Under the pieces are notes generated by a model. That model made no database searches and had not been told where the DNA came from. It saw only the letters and a list, made by a program, of their open reading frames with translations. DNA of 64,000 bases from an uncultured Chloroflexia bacterium (GTDB lineage: Bacteria > Chloroflexota > Limnocylindria > Limnocylindrales > CSP1-4), in contig CAVYBU010000006.1 in assembly GCA_963766735.1 (NCBI GenBank), positions 1 to 64,000 of the forward strand, given 5' to 3'. Every line of letters begins with the position of its first letter. The stretch's first letter is position 1. Positions 30,929-41,083 of the stretch are shown here, piece after piece. Made by a program: the position numbers and the translations under genes.

Positions 30929-32119
30929 ATGCCCAGTCTCTTTCGGCGGCCGCGGCCGCCTCGCGCCAGCACGGGCCTGCGAAAGAGCCGCGGCCAGTCG
31001 CTCGTCGAGTTCGCGCTCATCCTGCCCGTCTTGCTCCTCCTTCTCTTGGTGGCCATCGACTTCGGCCGGGTGTTCCTTGGTTGGGTGGCCCTCCAGAACA
31101 TGGCGCGGGTCGGCGCCAACTTCGCCGCGGAAAATCCGGACGCATGGCCCGCCGGGAGCGCGACAAGCACCTCAGCGGCGGCAGATCGAGCACGCTATAA
31201 ATCACTCATGCTCGCAAACGTCGGCGAAACGAATTGTTCGGTGGCGACGCCCTTGCCGTCTCCGGCCTTCGGGCTCACGAAGAACCCGGGAGACCCGGTT
31301 CAGGTCAATCTGTCGTGCCAGTTCACGGTGATGACGCCGCTGATTGACGCCATCGTCGGGAAGCAGGTCACTCTCTCCGCTAGCTCGAGTTTTCCCATCA
31401 CGTCAGGCTGTCTGGCAGACTGCGGCAGCACCCCCGCCGTAGTGCCGCCGCCGCCCTTGTCCAACTGCCGGACGGTGCCGCAGGTCGCTGGGCTGTCGGT
31501 GGCAGGTGCGCGGCTCGCGTGGGAAGCGGCTGGTTTCACCGGAATCTTCTCGCCCTTGTCGTCGGCCGGCTTCGAGACGGCGACCGTTGATGGGCCGATC
31601 AGCATCGAGCTGGCCGACGATGCCGAAACCTGTCCGTCAGGCGAGGCGTTCTTCTCATCTTCAGGGACTGTCGGCCACTTGCCCTCACCTGAGCCCGAAT
31701 GCGTTCCGAACCTCCTGGGCGTCACGGTTGCGATGGCACGCGCAAGTTGGACGGCCTCGGGGTTCACGGGGTCGTTCACACCGCCGCAGAGTAGCTCGAC
31801 CGACCCGAAGATCGTGATCCTCCAAGAAACAACACCGGACTCCCAGCCCGGCGAATGCATCGACTTGGCAACCCCGGTCAAGGTCTCCTACACCGATCCC
31901 CCAGTGGCCCCGCCGCCGCCATGCAAGGTGCCGAGCTTCATCGATACGAGCACGGCGGGTGCGCAAGCTTTGTGGGGGACCGGTGAGGGCGGCGCCGGGT
32001 TCACCGGCCCACTGACAATCGGCCCACCCGCCAACAATCCGTACATGATCCAAGCGCAAACGCTTGTGGGCGGGACCTACGCTTCGTGCGGATCTTCGAT
32101 CACGGTGTCCAAGAAGTGA
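30929..32119 (+). CDS. TadE-like minor pilin with three PASTA-like domains
   Basis: RGQSLVEFALILP; three VPxxxG/D...A...W...GFTG repeats. Confidence 0.85.
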   Translation: MPSLFRRPRPPRASTGLRKSRGQSLVEFALILPVLLLLLLVAIDFGRVFLGWVALQNMARVGANFAAENPDAWPAGSATSTSAAADRARYKSLMLANVGETNCSVATPLPSPAFGLTKNPGDPVQVNLSCQFTVMTPLIDAIVGKQVTLSASSSFPITSGCLADCGSTPAVVPPPPLSNCRTVPQVAGLSVAGARLAWEAAGFTGIFSPLSSAGFETATVDGPISIELADDAETCPSGEAFFSSSGTVGHLPSPEPECVPNLLGVTVAMARASWTASGFTGSFTPPQSSSTDPKIVILQETTPDSQPGECIDLATPVKVSYTDPPVAPPPPCKVPSFIDTSTAGAQALWGTGEGGAGFTGPLTIGPPANNPYMIQAQTLVGGTYASCGSSITVSKK

Positions 32120-32520
32120 GCCGCCGAGTGCGGCGGCAGCAGGGTCAAGGGCTCGCCGAGTTTGCCCTTGTCCTCCCGGTTCTCATCCTCCTCTTGATGG
32201 GGGTCTTCGATTTCGGCCGGGCGATCATGGCATACAACACTGTCGCCAACGGCGCACGTGGGGCGATGCGAGCCGCGATCGTCGACCAGAACACGACCGT
32301 GATCCGCGACGCGGCCCTTGTGCAGATGACGTCTCTAGATGGCGACGGCATCACCGTGAGCTACACGCCCTGCGCGACGCCCAAGATTGGCTGTGCGGCA
32401 TCGATCGCCGTGTCGTATGTCTGGAGTCCGATCACACCTGTGATCGGCACGATTGTCGGACCAATCACGCTCTCGTCGACTACTTCGATGCCGACGGAAC
32501 GCGTCTACACGAGTCCTTGA
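32116..32520 (+). CDS. TadE-like minor pilin
   Basis: QGQGLAEFALVLP, DFGR, ANGARGAMR, MPTERV. Confidence 0.88.
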   Translation: MSRRVRRQQGQGLAEFALVLPVLILLLMGVFDFGRAIMAYNTVANGARGAMRAAIVDQNTTVIRDAALVQMTSLDGDGITVSYTPCATPKIGCAASIAVSYVWSPITPVIGTIVGPITLSSTTSMPTERVYTSP

Positions 32521-32530
32521 GGGAACCATC

Positions 32531-33676
32531 ATGAAGACTGGACAGAGCTTCAGACGCCAAGGCGGACAAGTGCTCGTCCTGTTTGCGCTCGCTCTGGTCG
32601 CGATCATTGCTGCGGTCGGGCTGGTTGTCGACGTCGGGTATGCGTGGTCAGAGCAGCGACACGATCAGAATGCGTCGGATGCGGCGGCTCGCGCCGGGGC
32701 GACCGTTCTGGCGCGCAAGGCGGCGGAGGGCTCGGACACGACCCTCACGTCCGCACAATGGGACGAGGCGGTGCGCAACGCCGTCAGCGTCTCAGCAACC
32801 ACGAACGGCACCGCGGTCCTAGCCGCAACGTACACGGACTACCTGGGCAATGCCCTTGCGGGCTCACCCACCGTGGGCGGAGGGAGTGTTCCAGCCGGGG
32901 CCGCCGGCGTGTACGCCACGACGGGCCGAACGGCTGGCACATACTTCGTGCGGGTTGTTGGCATCAACCAGTGGAACATTGCGACGCAGGCGACTGCCGT
33001 CTCCGGGCCGTCGACGGGATGTCTCGAGACGGTCGACAGATGCGTGTTCCTGCCGGTGACGTTCCCTGTCACCGTCTACGGCTGCGACAGCACCGGGAAG
33101 ACGCAACTTGGCACGCTGCCTTGGGAGTCCGGGGTCGAGCTCACGCTTCCGCTCTGTGGAGGAAACCCGGGGAGCGTCGGATGGATCGACTGGAACCCGC
33201 CGGACGGTGGGGTCCCCGAAATCATCGCCTCCATCGAGAACCCCCCCGACATCGACATCCCGCTGCCATCGTGGAAGTACATCACCGAGACTGGCGGCAT
33301 CTCGGCGATCACGCTCGAGGATGCGATCAACGTGTACGCCGGTCAGGTCGTCTGGATCCCGATGTTCGACTCGACCTGCAACATCACGCCAACGCCAACC
33401 GATCCGGAGGTCAGTGGATGTCCGCCTGAGAATGTGGGGGGCAGTGGCGTAAATCAGTGGTACCACATCCCAAGATTCCTGGCGTTCAGGCTCTCCGATC
33501 CGCAGGGCGCCTTCATTAACGGGAACAACTCCGTTGCGTGCGAGGCTGCCCCGAACGCGACACAGTGCCTGAAGGGGACCTGGGTGCAGTTCGTCGACAA
33601 GGGGTCCGTTGGACCGCCCTGTACGGGTGGGGACTGCCCGAAGGGGACGGCCTTCGCAGTCCAGCTGGTTCGCTAG
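32531..33676 (+). CDS. TadG-like (Tad_N) protein
   Basis: GGQVLVLFAL, VVDVG, QNASDAAARAGA, GWIDW, ends QLVR. Confidence 0.88.
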   Translation: MKTGQSFRRQGGQVLVLFALALVAIIAAVGLVVDVGYAWSEQRHDQNASDAAARAGATVLARKAAEGSDTTLTSAQWDEAVRNAVSVSATTNGTAVLAATYTDYLGNALAGSPTVGGGSVPAGAAGVYATTGRTAGTYFVRVVGINQWNIATQATAVSGPSTGCLETVDRCVFLPVTFPVTVYGCDSTGKTQLGTLPWESGVELTLPLCGGNPGSVGWIDWNPPDGGVPEIIASIENPPDIDIPLPSWKYITETGGISAITLEDAINVYAGQVVWIPMFDSTCNITPTPTDPEVSGCPPENVGGSGVNQWYHIPRFLAFRLSDPQGAFINGNNSVACEAAPNATQCLKGTWVQFVDKGSVGPPCTGGDCPKGTAFAVQLVR

Positions 33677-33810
33677 GCGATCCCTCGCTTTGGCGGCAAC
33701 GTGCGAGCCGCCAACCTTGCCTGGTGGATAAACTGAGCGGAGGGCACCAGCCCTCCGCTCTTTCGATTCCCGGGGTACTTCTTCGGGCGCTGAAGCGGAC
33801 CGATGGGCTA

Positions 33811-33860
33811 TGCACCCGCGCACCGTTTCAAGCCACGCTGCAAGCCGTGACACCGAGCAT
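33811..33860 (+). promoter_or_regulatory. Shared Tad-triplet upstream motif, copy 3
   Basis: TGC-N6-GCA..TTCAAG-N6-TGCAAG-N10-GAGCAT. Confidence 0.55.
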
Positions 33861-33892
33861 CCTGCTCAGTCACCTCCGCAGCGTGTGGTTCG

Positions 33893-34753
33893 ATGCTCAC
33901 TTCCGTCCTCAGGCGAATCCGAAGGCACCGCGCGACCCGGTCCCGCGGCCAGAGCCTGGTGGAGTTCGCGCTGATCCTGCCCCTGCTCATGGTGTTGTTC
34001 GCGACCACCCTGGACCTGGGCCGGCTCGCCCTGTCCCAGCTCTCCATCACGAACGCCGCCCGGGAGGGTGCGTTCCAGGCCTCGACGACGCCGGCCAGCT
34101 TCGATAACACGCAGGGCTGCCCGGCCGACGGCAAGACCAACCTGGTCGTGTGCCGCGTGCTGCTCGAGGCGAAGGCGTCCGGCATCACGATCGCGCCAGC
34201 CGATATCACCCGGACGTGCTCCCCGTCGGGCTGCGCGACCGGGCTGGGCAACCGGGTCACGGTGTCCGTCGTGGGCCACTTCCAGCTGCTGACCCCGCTC
34301 CTCGCCGGCTTCTTCGGCGGATCGCAGGCCATCACGTTCACGCGGTCGTCGACGAGCCAGATCGAGACGCTCCCCGACCCGCCCGTGGTCTACCCGAATC
34401 CGACCCCGACGCCGAGCCCGACACCGACGCCGGATCCGTCCGCCTCGCCTTCGGCCGAGCCGACGCCGACCGCGATGCCGGCCTGCACGATCCCGAGCGC
34501 CGGGTTCACGTTCACGGTCTCGCCCGTGAGCCACCAGCCGCCGGTGACGATCTCGGTCGTCGACACCACCACCTCGCCCAACTGCGCGATCACCTCCTGG
34601 TTCTGGAACTGGGATGACGGATCGACCTCCCTGCTCCAGAACCCCGGGAGCCACACGTACGGGGTCGAGGGAACGTACGAGGTCACGCTCAGGGTGACCA
34701 ATGCGGCCGGCTCCAACACCACCGGTTCCGTCCAGGTGAAGGTGAAGAAGTGA
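33893..34753 (+). CDS. TadE-like minor pilin with Pro/Thr linker and PKD domain
   Basis: RGQSLVEFALILP, TNAAREGA, PTPTPSPTPT, WFWNWDDG..HTY...GTYEVTL. Confidence 0.9.
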   Translation: MLTSVLRRIRRHRATRSRGQSLVEFALILPLLMVLFATTLDLGRLALSQLSITNAAREGAFQASTTPASFDNTQGCPADGKTNLVVCRVLLEAKASGITIAPADITRTCSPSGCATGLGNRVTVSVVGHFQLLTPLLAGFFGGSQAITFTRSSTSQIETLPDPPVVYPNPTPTPSPTPTPDPSASPSAEPTPTAMPACTIPSAGFTFTVSPVSHQPPVTISVVDTTTSPNCAITSWFWNWDDGSTSLLQNPGSHTYGVEGTYEVTLRVTNAAGSNTTGSVQVKVKK

Positions 34754-35217
34754 GCGCACCGCGAAGCAACCGCAGGCGCCAGAAGAGCCTCGGGCAGGGG
34801 CTGGTGGAGTTCTCGCTGGTCCTGATCCCGTTCCTGTGGATCCTGATGGGCATCCTTGACCTTGGCCGCGGGATCTACACCGCCAACGGCGTGGGACAGG
34901 CGGCCCGCGAGCTCGCACGAGCCACCAGCGTCCACACCTGCAATACCAGCGTTTCCCCGTGCACCCTGGGCACGTCCCCCGAGACGGCCGCAGTGCTGGG
35001 CACCCAGCAGAACCTGGTCCCGGGCCTCGGCGGCCCCGGATCGACCGTCACGTACACCTGCACCACGATCACGGATGCCGTGCTGCCGAGCACCTCGTGC
35101 ACGTCGGGCTCCTTCGTCCGGGTGACGGTCTCCGTGCCGTTCTCGGTGATCACGCCGCTGCTCAGCATGGTCGCCCCGGCGACCCTCTCCTCCACCACGC
35201 ACATCCAGATCCCGTGA
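34750..35217 (+). CDS. TadE-like minor pilin
   Basis: GQGLVEFSLV, DLGR, AARELAR. Confidence 0.88.
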   Translation: MSAPRSNRRRQKSLGQGLVEFSLVLIPFLWILMGILDLGRGIYTANGVGQAARELARATSVHTCNTSVSPCTLGTSPETAAVLGTQQNLVPGLGGPGSTVTYTCTTITDAVLPSTSCTSGSFVRVTVSVPFSVITPLLSMVAPATLSSTTHIQIP

Positions 35218-35225
35218 AGGAGCAC

Positions 35226-36164
35226 ATGACCATGAGTGCCGCCATCGACGGCGAGCGCCAGCGGGGCCAGATGCTGGCACTCTTCGCCATCTGCCTGGTC
35301 GCGATCATCGCGATGACCGGCCTGGTCATCGACGGCGGCATGACCTTCACCCAGCGCCGGGACCAGCAGAACGTCGCCGATGCTGCGGCGATGGCGGGCG
35401 CATACGCCTACGCCATGACCAGCGACGCGGCTACCGCGGTCACCCAGGCGCAGAACACCGCGACGGCGAACGGCTACACGCACGGCCAGGACGGCGCGAT
35501 CGTGAACGTCACGGTGTCGACCGCGACCGGCGTTGCCACCGTCATCGCGAGCGTGACCAAGCCGCACCGCAACTACTTCTCCGGGATCGTCGGGTTCGGG
35601 TCCTGGGACGTGTCCGTGACCGCCAGCGCGATCGCCGGCCTGCCGAATGCCGCCATGGGGGCGATGCCGCTCCTGTTCAACAAGAAGGCGTTCCCGGGCG
35701 GCCACGGACCGGCCAACGAGGTTGCGTTCGATGAGCCGGGCGTAGGCAACGAGGATGTCCCGCAGACCGCCGACCAGTTCAACTGGACGGTGTACTGCAC
35801 CGCGAGTGGCAACCCGTGCAACGCCGATTCGAGCACGGTCCGCGGCCTCATCAACGGCGACGGCAAGTCCACGGTGGTCAAGCTCTCGGACGAGATCGGG
35901 CCGCTCAATGCCGGCGCCCACACGACGCTGTTCAGCGACCTCGCCGCCTACGTGGGGCAGGAGTTCCCAATCGCGATCGTGAACGACGACGGCGAGATGC
36001 AAGGCTGGGCGATGTTCCATCTCACCGGGTCCGTCGGCGGCAGCACCAAGCAGATCCGCGGGTACTTCGTGTCGCCGGTGAATGCCACCTCCCTGTCGAT
36101 CGTCGGGGGCGGCGGCAACGCCAGCGGCAACTTCGGCGACACGGTGGTGAAGCTGACGAACTGA
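35226..36164 (+). CDS. TadG-like (Tad_N) protein
   Basis: RGQMLALFA, LVIDGG, QNVADAAAMAGA, ends KLTN. Confidence 0.88.
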   Translation: MTMSAAIDGERQRGQMLALFAICLVAIIAMTGLVIDGGMTFTQRRDQQNVADAAAMAGAYAYAMTSDAATAVTQAQNTATANGYTHGQDGAIVNVTVSTATGVATVIASVTKPHRNYFSGIVGFGSWDVSVTASAIAGLPNAAMGAMPLLFNKKAFPGGHGPANEVAFDEPGVGNEDVPQTADQFNWTVYCTASGNPCNADSSTVRGLINGDGKSTVVKLSDEIGPLNAGAHTTLFSDLAAYVGQEFPIAIVNDDGEMQGWAMFHLTGSVGGSTKQIRGYFVSPVNATSLSIVGGGGNASGNFGDTVVKLTN

Positions 36165-36204
36165 GTCGGGCGGGCGCCGACCCTTCGACGGGACGGCGCC
36201 CAGC

Positions 36205-36975
36205 TCAGCGGATGCCGGTGTCGTAGGCCACGTCGAGCCAGGCCACGTCGCCGTCGGTGACGATGAACGTGACGGGGGACGCCGTCCCCATGAGCCCTTC
36301 GACGGGCTGCGGCTCGAGCATGTACTCGCCGGGCTCGAGCGCGAACCGGAAGAGGCCGCTCCCGTCGGTCGTGTAGCTGGCGACCTCCCCGCCGGCGCCG
36401 TCGCGGACGAGCAGCACGGCTCCCGCCACCATCCGCGGTGCGCAGGCCGGGTCGTTCGGACGCTCCACCGGGCAGGTGGGACCGGCCGTCACCCGCCCGC
36501 CCGCTCCCGGGCCCTTCGCATCGCGGCGGAGGCCGGCGAGGAGCTGGTCGTTGAGCGGGGAGCCCTCCTCCGAAACGAACGTGACGGTGCCGTCGGTGGT
36601 GACGTCCCAGGTCCAGGTATGGCGGTCGATGCAGCCGGCCTGGCAGTCGCCCCAGCCCGCGGTGAACCTGACCGTCCAGCCGGTCGGGGGATCCGTCCCG
36701 TCCAGCGGCTGGGTCTCCCACCAGCGGTCCTGGCCGATCATGTCCGGGTTCACCGGGCCGAAGGTGTCGAACAGCGGGGTCCGCGCCTGCACGGCTTGCA
36801 CGGCGGCCTCCGGGGAGTCGACCGGCGCGGGCGTCGGGGTTGGGGCGGACGCGCTGCACGCGGCGAGGACGGCGGCGACGAGCGCAAGGACCGCGAGGGG
36901 CAGGAGCACGACGGCGGAGGCGCGGGCGGGAGATCGCATGGCCCGCTGACGGGCGACGGGCGCGGCAGGTTCCAT
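36205..36975 (-). CDS. Lipoprotein with carboxypeptidase-regulatory-like C-terminal domain
   Basis: Lipobox LAAC; GWGDCQAGCI; GPTCPVE; YDTGIR. Confidence 0.75.
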   Translation of the reverse strand: MEPAAPVARQRAMRSPARASAVVLLPLAVLALVAAVLAACSASAPTPTPAPVDSPEAAVQAVQARTPLFDTFGPVNPDMIGQDRWWETQPLDGTDPPTGWTVRFTAGWGDCQAGCIDRHTWTWDVTTDGTVTFVSEEGSPLNDQLLAGLRRDAKGPGAGGRVTAGPTCPVERPNDPACAPRMVAGAVLLVRDGAGGEVASYTTDGSGLFRFALEPGEYMLEPQPVEGLMGTASPVTFIVTDGDVAWLDVAYDTGIR

Positions 36976-37004
36976 CAGCGGACAGCGTAGCCGACGCCGG
37001 AGCG

Positions 37005-37335
37005 TCAGGCCAAGAGCCTGAGGGCTGCGGCCTTCATGCCCGGCAGATCGTCCCGAACAGTCGCCGCCACGACGTCCACGTCGAGATCCTCGTACTCGTG
37101 GGCGATGATCGTCCGCATGCCCTTGGCGGCAACCCAGTCGACATCGGGGGCTGCGGCCAGCGTGTCCGCACCGATGGACTTGACCTTCTCGCCGATGTCC
37201 TCGAGACGCTTGGCAATCGCGTCGACTGCCATGTCGTCCTCCGGCCAGCCAGACCCAACTTGCTCCAGGTAGCTCTCGATCTTCTCGATGTGCTCGACGA
37301 TCCGGTCGCAGGGCCTCCCTATCTCGCGGCGTCAT
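37005..37335 (-). CDS. HepT/DUF86 HEPN ribonuclease toxin, frameshift near 37305
   Basis: LEDIGE, W...GMRTIIAHEY (R-X4-H). Confidence 0.85.
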
Positions 37336-38197
37336 AGAGAACCACCCCATCCCGCTTGATGCGCTCCGCGAGCGAGCGTCGCCTCACCGGCGCGGTGACG
37401 ATGTCGACGTCTCGGCCGAAGAGGCTCTCCACCTCGGCCCAGAGCCGGACTCGATCACCGACGCTCGTCAGATACCCCGGCCTGGGCTCGACAAGCAGGT
37501 CGACATCGGAGTCCTCGCGGAAGTCGGCGCGTGTCGCCGACCCGAAGGCAAGGATGCGCCGGAGGCCATGGGTCTTCGCGAGGCGATCAAGTCGGCGGCG
37601 GCTGGGGCCATGAACCATCGGGTTCAGTCGTCCGAGGGGTGCCGCGTCGAAGTCTCCGCGGCGTGTCCGATCGGGGAACGTCCTCTCGATCGATCCCGCC
37701 AGGATGCGGAGGCCCTCTGCTCGCGTGCGCGCGGACGCGTCGTACGGAAAGCTGCTCGAGGAGATCCTCCTTGCGAACGAACTCCACCTTCAGGTCGGTG
37801 GCGAGCGCCTGCAGCCTCGCAACGACCCGCTCCACCCGCGCCTCGTCCTCCGGTCGAGTGAAGCGTCGAAAGACGATGAGTGCGTTGCCGGCGTCGATCC
37901 CGGCAAACTCCACGGCGGGGTTGCCGACCGCGATCGCCCCAAGCGCCGCGCTCGCAGGAAGGATGGCAAGGGCGAATTCGCGCACCGCCTCCGTGCGGGC
38001 CGAGGCGACGATCGAGTAGCGATGGTCATCGCAGGCTGCCAGCCCCTCCGCTCGCAGCGTCTCGAGAGCCTTCTCGGCTCCCGTGTACGACGATACGGAG
38101 CAGCCGTGACCATCTCGGCCGTGCGAAGACCGGCCTCGTCCTGGTCGAGTACCAGCAGGGCTCGAAGTGCGTGCTCGGAGGCCACCAGTCGGGTCAT
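37319..38197 (-). CDS. MntA-type nucleotidyltransferase antitoxin with long N-terminal extension (frameshifts)
   Basis: C-terminal FGSATRADFREDSDVDLLVE..GRDVDIV; upstream frames join into a winged-HTH-like N-terminus (MTRLVASEHALRALL). Confidence 0.7.
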
Positions 38198-38200
38198 GGA

Positions 38201-38232
38201 CAGATAATCACTCCAGCAGAGTGACAAGTCAA
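38201..38232 (-). promoter_or_regulatory. Near-leaderless promoter with inverted-repeat operator
   Basis: Minus strand TTGACT; TCACTC-N5-GAGTGA (38208-38224) lies in the spacer just upstream of the ATG. Confidence 0.5.
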
Positions 38233-38488
38233 CACGCCCATCGTGGTTGGACGAGGTGTCGGACATGAAACAGCGGGCTCGCGGTCCGGCCATTGCTCCG
38301 GTCGGCCGGGGGTTCCTGCGTCCGGTGCCTCGAAGGTCTTCCGGATCGGTGGTCGGCCAGTTTGGAGCCGGCGTTCGGTTTGCTCGTACCAGCGGGCCGC
38401 GAGCCTCGCGTGCCCCAACCATCGCACCGTGGGCGCACCAAACGGAGGGCCGAACGTCCCGAGTTTCAGGCTGGGTCCGGGAGCGGCC

Positions 38489-40119
38489 CTACTCGGGGCC
38501 CAGGTCGTAGCCCATCACGCGGGGGACACGGACCAGCCAGCGGAGCGGCGGCGGGACGTAGACGCCGGTGTCGTCGCGCTGCTCCGCCTCCACGATGGCC
38601 TCGCGGATCACGCGCGCGCCCAGGTACCGGAACGGCTCCGGCGGGAAGCGCCGCGCGCGGTGACCCACCAGCGGCAGCCGCGTCACCGGGTCGTCAAGCC
38701 GGTCCAGGGCCAGCGCGGCGAGGATCCGCCCGCCCAGCCAGCACGGCCCCACGCCGTTCCCTGAGAAGCCGTGGCCCCAGTGGATCCGGCCGCGATCCCG
38801 GGCGCCGGCTCGCTCGCCGTCGCGGCCCGCCACCCCGGCCACCGTTTCGGCCTCCGTCCAGCCCGCCGTCCAGGGTCCCGAACGCCGGCAGGTGGTCCGG
38901 GGAGATGTCGATGGGGCCGCCCCAGGCGTCCTCCAGCGCGACGTCGTCCAGCATCGGGAACCAGCGCCGGAACCCGCGGGCGGCCAGCGCGGTGGAGCCG
39001 CGGTCCCGCGTCACCCAGTCGCCGGTGCGCCCGCCGTAGCCCGCCCGGCCGCCGCCGCCGCCGAACGCGATGCGCCCATCGGCGGTGGTCCGGACGTAGT
39101 GGTTGGTGAACCGGCAGTCGGAGATCCCCTCCCCGCCCGTCCAGCCGATCTCCCGCAGGCGGTCCGGGATCGGCTCGGTCAGGACCATGTAGCTGGACCA
39201 CGTGATGAGCCGGCTGCCGAAGCCGCCGCCGGGCCAGCCCGCCGCCCAGGCATTCAGCCCGAGCACGACGTGGGACGCGGTGATGGTGGCCCCGGCGTCC
39301 GTGACGATGCGCACGACGTCCCCCTCGCGGCGCGCGGCGGTGGCGCGGGTGCCTTCGTGGATGGTCACGCCACGCTCCAGCAGGACACGCCGGAGCCCGC
39401 GCGCCAGGCGGGCGGGGTGGACCGTGGCGTCCGACGGGCTCAACAGCCCGCCCCGGAGCACGGGAGAGGCACAGCGGGCCTGGACCTCCGCCGCGGACAG
39501 CTCCCGGGCGCTGTCCTCCACGCCCAGGCGTCGCGTCAGCCCGAGGAGGTCGTCCCACGCCCCATCCTGCGCGGGTGACGAGGCGGCCAGGATGGACCCC
39601 GCGGGCGTGAACCAGGCATCGACTCCGTGGCGCACCGTCCACTCCCCGATCGCCGCCGGCGCCTCCTCGAGGGCCTCGGCCGTCGCCAGGCCTTGCTCGT
39701 CTCCGAAGTGAGCGACGAGCGACGGCAGGTGGTCCCAGCCGCCGGTCACGAACCCGCCGTTGCGGCCCGACGCACCGCCACCCACGATGTCCGCCTCGAG
39801 CAGGACGATCCTGGTTTCGGGCGCCTGCTCGGTCAGCCACCACGCGGTCCAGAGACCGGTGAAGCCACCGCCGATGATCGCCACGTCCGCCGTCCCGTCG
39901 CCCGGACGGCGGCGGACAGGGCGCGCCCGGGTCCGCATCGAGCGCCTCCCGCAGCCACCAGGCACGCCGGTTGCCGGGCCGGAGGGTTACGAGGTCACGG
40001 GCAACCAGTCGCCGCAGGCGAGCGCGATCCTCACGGCCACGGGTGCTCGGGTGGGCGGCGGGCGGGGCGTCTGCGGTGGGTTGAGCGTCAGCGACAGGTG
40101 GATCGACGGGCGGGGTCAT
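38489..40119 (-). CDS. FAD-dependent oxidoreductase (DAO/PuuB-like), frameshifts
   Basis: IIGGGFTGLW, GASGRNGG, HPARLARGL, WGGPID, GFSGNGVG. Confidence 0.85.
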
Positions 40120-40136
40120 CGGCGTGGTCGGCCGCG

Positions 40137-40988
40137 TCAGCCGGCCGGTCGGTCCGGCGCAGAGAGCGCGGCGTGGGCGGCGGGGGCTGCGAGGCAGCTG
40201 GGGCGGCGATGACAGCCCGCTCGATGTCGTCCAGCTTCGCGCGGATCGCCGCGGATCGGTCCTCCTGCTCGGCCAGCAGCAGGCGCAGCTCGTCCAGCTC
40301 CGCCCCGATCGATCCCGTCGGCTGGGGATCGCGTTGGGCCAGCCTTCCGGGGCGCCAGGAAAGCGTTGGCGATGAAGCCGGTCAGCACCGAGAACAGGGC
40401 AATCCCCGCGAACAGCAGGAAGACGCCGACCACCCGGCCCTCTTGGTGACGGGGTAGAGATCCCCGTAGCCGACCGTGGTGATGGTCACCAGGCCCCACC
40501 AGATGGCGTCCCCGGCGCTGGTGATGTTGGCCCCGGGCGCACCCTCCTCGGCGTGGAAGACACCGATCGCCGGCGAACTCCACGACCAGGATCACGAGGA
40601 ACATCGTCAGGAAGAAGGTGGCGCTCGCCCTGCCGACGACGAGGTCCCGGACGATGCGCTTGGTGCCGGACTCGCGGGCGACGCGGATGACGCGGATGAC
40701 GCGGAAGACGCGGAAGACGCGGAGCAGGGGAATGACGGCGACCAGGTCCGCCCAGCCATAGTCCCGGATCAGATAGCCGGGCCGCGACGGCGCCGTCCTC
40801 AGACGGTAGAGGAAGTCGAACAGGAAGATCGGGATCGTGATGAACTCGATCGCCACCGCCACCTGCTGGGAAACGGACCCAGGCAACAGGAGGACGATGA
40901 CGAGGTTGGCCATGGACAGGATGCTGAGCAGGAAGATGAACAGCTCGTACCCGGAGCCCTTGAGTCCCTGCCGCCATTGCTCAGCCAT
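40137..40988 (-). CDS. Potassium channel / ion transporter, frameshifts
   Basis: S4-like LLRVFRVFRVIRVIR; WWGLVTITTVGYGD in a shifted frame; 3' end uncertain. Confidence 0.8.
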   Translation of the reverse strand: MAEQWRQGLKGSGYELFIFLLSILSMANLVIVLLLPGSVSQQVAVAIEFITIPIFLFDFLYRLRTAPSRPGYLIRDYGWADLVAVIPLLRVFRVFRVIRVIRVARESGTKRIVRDLVVGRASATFFLTMFLVILVVEFAGDRCLPRRGGCARGQHHQRRGRHLVGPGDHHHGRLRGSLPRHQEGRVVGVFLLFAGIALFSVLTGFIANAFLAPRKAGPTRSPADGIDRGGAGRAAPAAGRAGGPIRGDPREAGRHRAGCHRRPSCLAAPAAHAALSAPDRPAG

Positions 40989-41083
40989 GCGCCCTCACCT
41001 CGTCCCGCTCGTCGAGCATTGTGCCGGGTCCGGAACGGGTTCGGGGGGCGGTTTCCAGTTCGGCGGTGAGGTCCGCGCGACGA

